Positions 10,398 through 19,776 of a stretch of 19,776 nt of DNA are shown piece by piece. A model generated the notes under the pieces. That model did not search any database and had not been told where the DNA came from. It saw only the letters and a list, made by a program, of their open reading frames with translations. Every line of letters begins with the position of its first letter. Positions within the stretch are counted from its first letter, which is position 1. The DNA comes from Octopus sinensis (taxonomy: Eukaryota): the NCBI RefSeq assembly GCF_006345805.1, contig NW_021824178.1, positions 1 to 19,776 of the forward strand, read 5' to 3'. A program made the position numbers and the translations under genes.

Positions 10398-10871
10398 TTT
10401 ATTTTATTCATTTTTCGACGAAATAAAACGGAAATCCAAAAAATCAATCTCAAAATGTTTCGTTTGAGTTTTTCTCCACTTAAAAAACCTTAAAAATCAC
10501 CAAAAAATAATATTTACTAAAAGGGACTTTTTCCATGTTAAAACTCTTAAAAGTTGAGAAATATTGACTCTAAAATAAATTATAATTCCTTTAAAATATG
10601 TCAAATTGGGTTTTTATTGGAATTTTGACATCCTTTTCGAGATTGTTGAAGGAATAGGCGAGACCTACAAATTTGTCACTCGTCCCTCACCCCCCAATCC
10701 TCCGAGATTGTCCCACATGTTATTTGTATGAATATTCCATCAATTTTTGATAATTCATTCTAATGTTGATTAAAATATATTTACTTTGATTGCATATACT
10801 TTTTGGGTCCCTTCTCCGCAGTTTATTAGTAATTTATTGTGTCTATCTTAGTTGTGGGGATAATACCGATT
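10398..10871 (-). pseudogene. ELAC2: Third, partial tRNase Z copy (N-terminal exons only, no exon 1)
   Basis: Colinear with ~3516-3998 and ~17632-18093, including the YLINCGEGTQK exon; homology stops at ...taataccgatt (10871). Confidence 0.9.
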
Positions 10872-13800
10872 TTCTTTGGTGAACAATGACGGAAGTAATC
10901 TGGTCGAAGGGAATTAATGTTCATTCTCTGTAAATAAGCATATTTTTGAATGCTTAGCAATCCTTTCACAAGCTATGAGATACGACTTTGACCGAATGTT
11001 GCAGAGAATTAACCCAAATAAGACATTCGCAGACAGTGACATCATTGATTGGGTCAACTCCAAGGTTCTTTTTTTATATTTCAAAATTAGTTCGCACAAC
11101 CTGTGACTGCATTTAAAGATGATAGATTTTCTAATTCAAAGCCTATTTTTGAACTGATAGACTCAGTTAAGGACGATATGTACAAAAACAGTACATCAAC
11201 GACGGAAAGGACTACGATGTAATTTAATATTAATGCAATAATCAATGAAAAGATAGAATTATGTTTATGGTGGATATGTAGCCTGGCGGATTGCCAAACT
11301 GTTTCCCGGATAATGGCAATCGAGAGCCGTTGCATTAGCCAGTTCGCCTCCCGAGGATCATGGGTGCGCATTGAGATTTGGCTCCGAGCTTGCGAAGGAA
11401 CTTTTAATTTTTGGACCGAGAGCACCCGACGTCTCAGCCGCGTTCGGCACCACGGAAAACTTCTCTGAGAGGGCAAATATTTTAAAAGCTTTAAATCTTT
11501 AGCCTTCTTAGCTGCAGATTTGGCCTCCAGGGCACACGAAGTTAAGTGAGAAGCAGAAAAGGTGTCGCAGCAGGTGCGTCCCAAACGAGGCCTTTTCCGC
11601 CTTCCGAGGGGAAAAGGGTCATCCGTCAGGACGTTTCCCGTCGCCGCGGTCAAGGCCCGGTGGCTCGAGGACCGAAGGAAATCCCGCCGAGTCGAGGGCC
11701 CTCCGTATGATGTCGTTCATAGCAGAGTGCCTCGGAAAACGTCCGGCACTCCTCTTGCACGATAAAGGGTGCAGACCGAAAGGGTCAACAGTGCAGCCAC
11801 AGCGGCACGTGTGCGGGACACATTGCCTTAGTCCGAGTCGCAGAGAGACTCCGATCCTTACCGCTTCATCGTCAAGGAGAGTGCCAGATGGGGCATTCGG
11901 GAATGCACAAAGCCAAGCTCCGCTAGCCGGGGATGCTGCCGACAGAAGGCAAGCGCGGCGGTGCTGGTTGGACGACTCGAGCAGCAGATTGAAAGTTTGC
12001 TGCATCTAATTCGATCCCAGGCTCGTTGAGACATTCGATCTTCCGGAAAGTCAAGGCCTTGTTCTCTCCAGACTTCGCTGAAATGAGCAACATTTGTGTC
12101 CAAGGAAAATTTAGAAAAGGAGCGTAGAATTTCCATGACAAGTGTGTGGCTCGCGGAGACGGAAGAGAGGTAAGCAGGTAACGATAGGTCGAAACATGAG
12201 CGGATGCCGAGCCCTCCAAAAAATAACGGGAGGGTTGCCTGTCTCCAACCCATGTCGTCGAAGGGGAATTGCATACGTTCTGAGTGCAAGTGCGGATAAG
12301 GAGGTCAATTGCTGAAAGCCTCTCTGGAAAATCAAAGCACGGAGAAGAGCGAAGCAAATAGGAGAGCTTTGGATCGAGAGCAATTCCGTAGGAGGAATAA
12401 TGCAGTGTGCGAGTCCAGCTGTCTGATACGATCAAAAGCTTCTTCGAGGAAAAGTTCTTTTTTGCGTAGGGCCACATCGATAGAGTGCCAGCGACCGGGG
12501 CTCCGAGAATAAAAAGTTCGTCAATGGGAGTAGATTGAACTCCCGGGATAAGATCGCAGAAAGAGGAAACAGCGTCTTCGAAAATAGATTCCGAGCATCC
12601 AAGGTTGGTAATTTCACATTTTGGAGGAATTTAAAATGAGGCCGATTTCTCCAGAGCCAGGATGATTTTAATTATGTCCTGCAAGACGATGTCCGGAGGG
12701 CCACCGAGAGTGGCGTCGTCGAGATACCAGGTTCAATGGAAGATAGAAGCTTGGTCACCTCGGAGATCCAAGACAGAAAAGGAGGGCCCAGAGGGTCTCC
12801 CTGTTGGACTCCCGAAGCAGACGGGATAATGTCGGAATCAAAAATGGGGAAGATGGTTGGCCATATGATTGGAAAGCGAGCCCAAATAAGGAAGGACAGT
12901 ACTCAGAGCAGGACTCTAAGACTCTGTCCCGTCGGATACTGGTTGAATGCATTTCTGATGTCAAGCTTGATCAAAATGTTGGACATTGAGAGGATCCCGA
13001 CAGAGACATCATCTTCCGAAAAAAGTAAAGGCGGTTGATTGGCCGGATGGGGACAGACGGAAGGTCCGCAGGAGACGGTGGATGTTTTTCGAGCAAGGCC
13101 TTAAAGACTGACCGAGACAAGTTGAGTGGTCCATTGTCAGACGAAATAACTCTGAGAGCTGCACGGACTCCGCCCTCGCTAAGTTTAGAATGGATCATTT
13201 TGCGTAGACGGAGTTGTTGGGCTTCTGGGCTCTCATGTTTGCGACATTGAGACTGTTTGTGCGACTTTGATGACTTGAGAGGGGGCGAGTCTGGGAAGTA
13301 TTCCCGAGCCATAAAGGAGCGAATGTTTTTCTTCATACGGGTGGCCAGAGATGTCGAGTCCCGATCAGCATTCACAGGGGCACCGAGAGCACAGGGAGCA
13401 AAGGTCAGAAGACGGATCCAGTCCTGTTCGTCTTTAGACAATATTGCAGCGTCAATGCAAGATGATAGAGCATCGGCCGCGGTAGCTCGTGCTGCCTTGG
13501 GGATCTTCACGGGGATGATGCGGGATTTGCGTCTCTCCGAAACGAGCTTCAGCATGGAAACTGGATCAAACGGCGCCACGTCGGAGGGGTTTGGACGACA
13601 CACGGGATTGCTTCGGGCTGTGCCCAGGCATACAGAACAATTCCAAATGGAAATAGCGGACATTGCCTTCTTGGTCACATGTGAGATTGATTCGAACAAG
13701 TTGCGCAGGAGATCCAAAGCTTACGACTGTTCGAAGAGTTGCAAATGTTACAAGTTTTCATTAGATTGCGAAAACAAACGTCAACAAACCAGCACGTTCA

Positions 13801-13970
13801 TATTTTTAATATATCAGGATTTGTATGCTAATGCTAAGTTGGCATTGTCCGTAGTCAGGAAAATGGGAGGAAAGGTCTTTGCACTCCCCGAAGATATTGT
13901 TGAACACAAGGCAAGACCAATTATGCTTCTCTGTGCCTCACTTATGATCATTGAGAACAGCCTTAAGTAG
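10870..13970 (+). pseudogene. Fimbrin/plastin, 3' half only (end of CH3 plus CH4); last intron expanded by a retrotransposon
   Basis: FSLVNNDGSNLVEGN / CLAILSQAMRY...DSDIIDWVNSK / [intron 11065-11090] / FAQPVTAFKDDRFSNSKPIFELIDSVK...INDGKDYD / [intron 11219-13817] / DLYANAKLALSVVRKMGGKVFALPEDIVEHKARPIMLLCASLM*, matching plastin FSLVGIGGQDLNEGN...WVN...[26 protein letters not shown]. Confidence 0.88.
11231..13800 (-). mobile_element. CRE-like non-LTR retrotransposon (single ORF, RT plus CCHC plus RLE), apparently 5'-complete, with an internal deletion
   Basis: ORF ~13761 to 11265 with frameshifts: KIPKAAR..W.RLL.F; LLEKHP; KLDIRNAFN; SGVQQGDPLGP; WYLDDATLGG; GLGIRS; CRCG..VD..G.H.LSC; [13 protein letters not shown]; GKRPDG; WDATCCDT; QRLSIAIIRGN. 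Possible short TSD atat (11227-11230; 13800-13803). Confidence 0.92.
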
Positions 13971-14750
13971 ATTACTAATAATTAGCTGGATTTCTTTATT
14001 TCACGGAATAATTTAGATTTTTTAATAAAGATATTTAAAATTTATTTTTTAACAGCACGTTTAAGGAAGCTGAATAATAAAAGTTGTTAAATAGAAATAT
14101 TATTCAAGGAATTTAAAAAATATAACATCTTTGAGTTTTTTTGACAAGATCATCAACACATCTATTTGTATTTCATCAAAGAACAGTATTAAGTCTGACT
14201 TGTTAAAATTTAAATGATAAAACACTTTCATGTATGAAATTATTATTTTTAAGTAAAATACATTAACTCTTAATGTATATATCTGCGCAATTATGTAATT
14301 AATATCTAAATTGAACATCTTTATTTAACAAGACCTCGGTCATGTCAATAAAAATTCTAAAGTTAGGAATGAAATAGAAAGTGATAAAATAAAAAAGGTG
14401 AGTATTTTGAATAAAAATTACAATATTTATATACAAAAATGAGTCGCTTAAATTATAAAAGAATGAAAATTGAATTAATATTTCTAGAAAAATTATATTC
14501 ACACAATATCAAATAGTAACTTTTTCATCCTGTGTAATGTAAAGCTTATTTCATACAATTTTATTTTGTGCAGGAAATTCAAATAAAATATTGTAAATTT
14601 GATTAGACGCTTTTATTGTATTAAAGAATCTTTTTTCAAAAAATCGTATTTGAATAAATGACTAGAGTAAAAACATCACAAAATGTAGCAAAACTCTATT
14701 AGTGAGATTAGAAAAATCAGCTATAAAAAACATAATTTATTAACATAAAT

Positions 14751-15781
14751 GAAGCATGTAGAAGTAGAGAAATTACATATATATGACCTTTTGACGAACA
14801 AATTCAAGGTAATCCATAATGCAAAGGTGAATTTCGTACCGTTGGTTATTACGTGGGATGGAATAACATCCCGATTTTATAAACACTACCAAAACTCCTT
14901 GCAGTCCAGGAATCTACGCGAGCTTATATCCATCAATCGTGATCAAGAGAACACTGAAAAGCATGCGCGCCCGGAGTAGAGCAACCAATTGCAATTTTTT
15001 GCAATTAAATATAATTTAATTAAAATTCGATAAATAATAAAGTAATGAATAGACATTAATTTTAATTATATTTTTATTCGATTTAAATTTGCAATTTTTT
15101 GCAATTTTTTGTAGTCATTTTACAATTTTTTTGCAATTTTTTTAAATAAAAAAAAATTTTTTTATTAAAAAATAATATAATTATAAGTAAAGACCCTAGA
15201 CTTTAATCAGATCCATGCGACATAAAATCCTAATCTCTATATATCAAAAAAGCTTGAGAAATCAGGAATACTAAGTATTCTTGAATTCTCAAATAAGAAT
15301 CTATCGCCAGAAGTTTATTCACATCTCAGAAAATGTAGCGCAAGTTCAGCATCTATCGAAAGGGCAATATCTCTTTTGACGAAAATTCTTAGTAAAGAGA
15401 GGAACTTTAAACCTGAAAATGTTCAGGAATATTTGATTTCCTATTACAATAAATAATTTCGTTAATTTTTTGCATAATGTAATGTTACAATTAAAAATTA
15501 TTTTTGCAATTTTTTACAATTTTAAAATTCATTTTTGCAATTTTTTTTATTAAAAAGTGCAATTTTTTGGTTGCCCTAGCCCGGAGTATAAACTTCTTCC
15601 TACAGCGGCGAAGCATGCAATTAAATCGGACTCGAGAACAACCACAAAAGTGGCCTGCTCTGTAAAATGGATAAATGTACCCGTCAAAGACACTTGCTCG
15701 GGCTCAAAGAGAAAGAGAATTGACTGAAAGCAGACGCAATAATTAAAAATCAATTTTATCTGGACTTTTCAAATAAATTTG
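14751..15781 (+). mobile_element. 5'-truncated RLE-type (R2/NeSL-like) non-LTR retrotransposon 3' end
   Basis: VEVEKLHIYDLLTNK.KVIHNAKV.FVPLVITWDGI..FYKHY...AYI(Q)SIVIKRTL (RLE C-terminus); flanked by an 11-bp direct repeat ttaacataaat (14740-14750; 15782-15792); absent from copy 1. Confidence 0.75.
14977..15578 (+). mobile_element. Non-autonomous hAT-superfamily element nested in the retrotransposon fragment
   Basis: TIRs tagagcaaccaa / ttggttgcccta; perfect 8-bp TSD gcccggag (14969-14976; 15579-15586); ttgcaattttt subterminal repeats; residual transposase tail SASIERAISLLTKILSKERNFKPENVQEY. Confidence 0.9.
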
Positions 15782-18227
15782 TTAACATAAATCATCCACG
15801 GAATCATCAAGAAATAGCAAGGCATGCATAGACACCAAATGAGGAAGCAACGTGAGAGTAGTAGCATCAACCTACAAATAAATCCCCCTCCAATCACCGT
15901 CATAAAGTCAAAGGCAATTCCATATTTATCAAACGACTCCTCCAAATCGAAAACAACTTTATATCGCGTGCTTATATGCGTCAATACTGTCATTTTGGCT
16001 TTCATCCGCTTCCCAACTCCCAGGGCCTCGTGGAATGTACTGTGACGCTTTCTCTCAGCCTCGTTCTCAAATCCTCTCCCAAAAGTAGCCTCGTGAATCA
16101 ACAAATCTGCGTCCATTCCTGCCTCTATCAACCTCGAACAAGGACGAGTGTCGGCTGAGTATACAATCTTGTAGTCACTTTCAGTCTCCAACACAAGCCC
16201 GTGTGTGTCTGGGATGTGTATTACTTTCACAGGCCTCAACTGAGACACTCAATTCAAAAAATTAACCGACTTTAAGCCAAACGAACACAAAATCGACGTC
16301 AAATCCACTTTTCCGTCAACAACATCAAAGTTATTTACAAAACTAACAAATTAGTGAAAAATCAACTTTATTCCCCCAGCCACGTTCAAATCAAAAAGAA
16401 GGTCAATATTTTGGAAGGTTTTACAATATTTATGAGGTACCATGACTGACAAGGGAGGACTAGTAGCCCTATATCTCAAATGCCTTCTTGCGTGCCAAAA
16501 GTAGTGTAATCAACCCTGGAGTGATAAAAACAGAATAATCAACTCCGTGGTGATCATAGTGCATATGTGATATAAACACAACCCCAATACTCCTCAGAAC
16601 CCTCCAAGCTCATCTCCATAACGTAATGTCAACTGAATCAACGTAGATGGCCCACAGTCTGTCAATATACATTCATAACTAAATATTAACTTACAAATAT
16701 ATTAACCATGTCCATATAAGGATCGAAGATAAATTCCTCCTTAAAGAAGGCTGGGCGGCCCCCGTACCCAGAAATACGACCTGAGGGTACTTTATTACTG
16801 TGGTAACTACAATCAGAAATAGCAAGTACCCCGAGAGTTGTACAATTCTCTAAAAGAGGAGATTAAAGTTTCGGAAATTGGTTTATAAGGTTGTTGTTTA
16901 ATTTGAAAGTCGGATATTTCCATTTTATTTAAATTTAAAAGTTGGGATGAAGAGAAAGAATTGGATTGGTTGATAGACATATTCTATTATCAAATAATAC
17001 AATTTAAACATTGTTTTTCAATGGCGGAAATATATCCGAGTTTATAGCCGTTAGAACTGAATGGAAATTGGCAGTGGATCCCCAACATGTATCACACACG
17101 GAGTCATTATGAACACATTCCTTGCCCCAACACCAAAACTGTCAATTAGTATATTTTAATACCGTTCTATCCATTTTTATATTCTTGAGTATTAGCAATG
17201 GTCGATGGGGTCAAATGTACGACTACTGCAGAACACTGGTTAAACTCGTATATCTCAGAATTATAGAACTCAGCCAATCTCTTGTCTGAGACCACATCCA
17301 TTAGTAATTCGAGAGAGAGAATATCAACCACAATGAAAGGAGGTCGTCTATCAGGCTCGGAAAATACCTCATCTTTGTATATCTTGGTATAATTATAATT
17401 CATGGCTACTTTTTTTCCCATCGACATCAATCTCTCCCTCACGTAACAAAACACCAATATTTTTTCCACTAAACTAATATTTTAATAATTAATTACCATT
17501 TTAATCCCAATTCATTACATTTGTCTAACATCAGGTGTCTATGGCCCTCATGTGGGCGGAAAACGTAAATTATAGTCGATTGACGAACATCGAATTTCAT
17601 TTTTGTTTTTCGACGAAAACTCAGCCAAAAATAAGCAATTTTTTATTTTACTTCATTTTCAGACGAATAAAACGGAATTCCAAAAATCAATCTCAAAATG
17701 CTTCGTTTTGAGTTTTCTCCACTAAAAACCTTAAAAATCACCAAAAATAATATTTACTAAAAGGGACTTTTTCCATGTTAAAACTTTAAAAGTTGAGAAA
17801 TATTGACTCTAAAATACATATAATTCCTTTAAACTATATCAAATTGAGTTTATTGAATTTTGACATCCTTTTCGAGATTGTTGAAGGATAGGCGAGACCT
17901 ACAATTTTTCACTTGTCCCTCACCCCCCAATCCTCCGAGATTGTCCCACGTGTTATTTGTAATGAATATTCCATCAATTTTTGATAATTTCATTCTAATG
18001 TTGATTAATATATTTACTTGATTGCATTATGACTTTTGGGTCCCTTCTCCGCAGTTTATTAGGTATCTTATAGTTGTGGGGATTAATACCGATTGTTGTC
18101 GGCTGCTATCATCAGAGTTTCGGAAAATTATTGAATCCTGTACTTCCAACGATTAACTCATAGTAAGAAAATTGGGGAATGTTTTTCGTCGATTTCATTA
18201 AGCAACACGTGGCAAAACGCTGGACAT
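15782..18227 (-). CDS. ELAC2: tRNase Z long form (ELAC2/Trz1 type), copy 2; multi-exon, frameshifted as sequenced
   Basis: Same exon/intron structure as copy 1; YSADTRPC, LLIHEATF, RHST, LTHISTRY, AFDFM; after splicing the last 25-nt intron it ends VDATTLTLLPHLVSMHALLFLDDSVDDLC* (stop 15782-15784). Confidence 0.93.
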
Positions 18228-18811
18228 ACAATCATTTAAATTTTAAAAAATGTATTTATAATTTAATTACAGTGAATAATCATATATTAATATAAAAATT
18301 GTATTCTGTTTACATATTTAATACATTTGATACTAAATGTTAGAAATTTAAAGTTGCAATTTTGTTTAAGTAAATAACGAATAGTCCCATTTTCTGAGAA
18401 AAAAACATTTCTTCTAATCAACATTGATTTTAGAAATTTTAAAGAATAGTAAGAATTCCACAATGTTCTTTAGGGATTGTATCACAAATATTATTCCCAT
18501 TGTAGTTCTAGTCATATAAACTAACAAATTTTGTCTGCTAAAATATCTGTGAATATATACATGGTGTGAAACATTATTTTTTAAATAAAATTGTCAATGA
18601 TAAATTATCCTCAGTATGCCAAAATCGACAAGAATGACGATAGACCAATCAAAAATAATGACGATATATACTTTTAATTGTATTTATATGATGTGATTAA
18701 TAATAAATATATTTAAATGTACTATAAATACTGAGATATCACGATTACTGACACATGACGTATTATATGTATATTTATTCGCAAAAACCGGCAGAATTAA
18801 TTTTCTGATAA

Positions 18812-19569
18812 ATGGAATCAAAATTAGAACTCCAAAACTCAGAAATCATCACCTTCGATAACGGAAAGCAGAATTATCGAGTCACAGTCTCCGTGACTGA
18901 ATACCCCCCAAAGACCTCAAAATATCGCAATCAAAGGAAAAGTCACCGTAACGACAGGAAACAGTAAAATGGACCGAAATGAATTTACCGTCAAAAAAGA
19001 CATCAACATCCCTTCCAATATAAATCCACGGAAACTGAGCAGTACTATGCAGGACAGGAATACATTGTCATCGAGGCTCCCATTGAAGACAAAAATGAGG
19101 ACGAAATGAACAACAAAATCCTTCAGACCACAAAAAAATATCAACAAATTTCAAAGTGTTGAGAAAGACTGTCCAGAAGAGAACTATTCGTCCAAATATT
19201 GTGAAAATGAACCAAAAGACTCAAATTCAACTCACAATGTTGTCCATAAAAGTACAAATAGAGCGGAAAATGGTCATTCTCGTTTTGGAATGTTGACATA
19301 GTGGATAGTTCAGGTCCCTTTGTGGTCAATGAAGGGCGGGAATGTTATTGGACATTAAATCTGGATGTGTCAGTTTTAGTAAGGAGAAATAGAGGTTACG
19401 GAAAATATGGACGACTAATGTAAATGCAAGACATGTGGATTATTTGGAGGAGCATACCTCAAGATATAACTACTCGAGGGAAGTTGGGATTCCCTTTGAT
19501 GTTGACAAAGAGTCGATGACGTACAGCATCAATGGAGGGGTCCTTAATATAGACAAAATTCAAAACTAA
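18812..19569 (+). CDS. Small heat-shock protein (HSP20) with two tandem alpha-crystallin domains; intronless, frameshifted as sequenced
   Basis: Domain 1: YRVTVSVTEYPP.DLKIS..GKVTVTTG...EFTVKKDINIPSNINPRKLSS...IEAP. Polar linker. Domain 2: WTLNLDVS.FSKEEIEV...VNARHVD...YSREVGIPFDVDKESMTYSINGGVLNI*. Confidence 0.8.
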
Positions 19570-19776
19570 ATATTAATAGTTACTAGAAATACTATTAACT
19601 TATTAATATTCTTGTTATTATTTAAAATAAATTATAATAGCCGGCATTAATAATGTCTAGTGGTGCATATGATTTGGACGAGTTATAATAGAAGAGTAAG
19701 TTTTATTTTACATTACAAATTTAGCGAAACCAAATCTAGAAATTAAACTTCTCAATCTTATGAAAGAAATATAAAA

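Larger units (their letters stand above)
14427..18273. repeat. Segmental duplication, copy 2 (direct repeat of 1362-4179)
   Basis: Colinear with copy 1 apart from the insertion at 14751-15781. Confidence 0.95.

Noticed and set aside
11562-13250. Several plus-strand ORFs (67-100 aa) over the CRE-like element
   Set aside because: Antisense frames typical of GC-richer coding DNA.
11223-13812. 8-bp repeat tttaatat as the CRE TSD
   Set aside because: It would leave a 17-nt intron, shorter than any other here; the atat solution gives 26 nt and fits the 3' end of the sister CRE fragment.
13257-13817. Upstream part of the 237-aa plus-strand ORF 13257-13970
   Set aside because: Antisense shadow of the CRE-like ORF; only the last 51 codons (13818-13970) are the real fimbrin exon.
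14100-14502. Minus-strand AT-rich ORFs with a Walker-B-like LILFFDEIQ
   Set aside because: No Walker A or other support; low-complexity composition. A diverged gene extending into the duplicated 14427-14710 segment cannot be excluded.
18274-18811. Heat-shock elements or TATA box upstream of the sHSP
   Set aside because: No clean nGAAn array found; TATAAATA near 18723 is uninformative in such AT-rich DNA.
1-19776. Ciliate-type code (TAA/TAG = Gln) suggested by ~25-nt introns
   Set aside because: Fimbrin (TAG), Buster transposase (TAA) and sHSP (TAA) end at homologous termini, and exons lack regular in-frame TAA/TAG.
1-19776. CRISPR arrays, rRNA/tRNA genes or prokaryotic operons
   Set aside because: No regularly spaced repeats or recognisable structural RNA; all identifiable content is eukaryotic.

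Overview
An AT-rich eukaryotic nuclear window using the standard genetic code. Host genes carry dense ~23-31 nt GT-AG micro-introns. Scattered indels, many at homopolymers, break most frames and may be long-read error rather than true pseudogenisation. Host genes seen: two full copies of a long-form tRNase Z (minus strand, ~1690-4132 and ~15782-18227, in a direct segmental duplication) plus a third partial copy; the 3' half of a fimbrin/plastin gene; an intronless small heat-shock protein with two alpha-crystallin domains; tentative relics of a PIM/PASK-like kinase and a receptor-type PTP domain. Transposons, several nested: a pogo/Tigger 3' end, a full-length Buster-type hAT with an 8-bp TSD, two non-autonomous hATs with 8-bp TSDs, a near-complete CRE-like non-LTR element, a 5'-truncated poly(A)-tailed CRE-like copy, and other LINE fragments. 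Most notable: hAT transposase genes with host-sized micro-introns, a 2.6-kb retrotransposon inside a ~26-nt intron, and a junction built from short pieces copied from neighbouring DNA. The organism cannot be identified from sequence alone.
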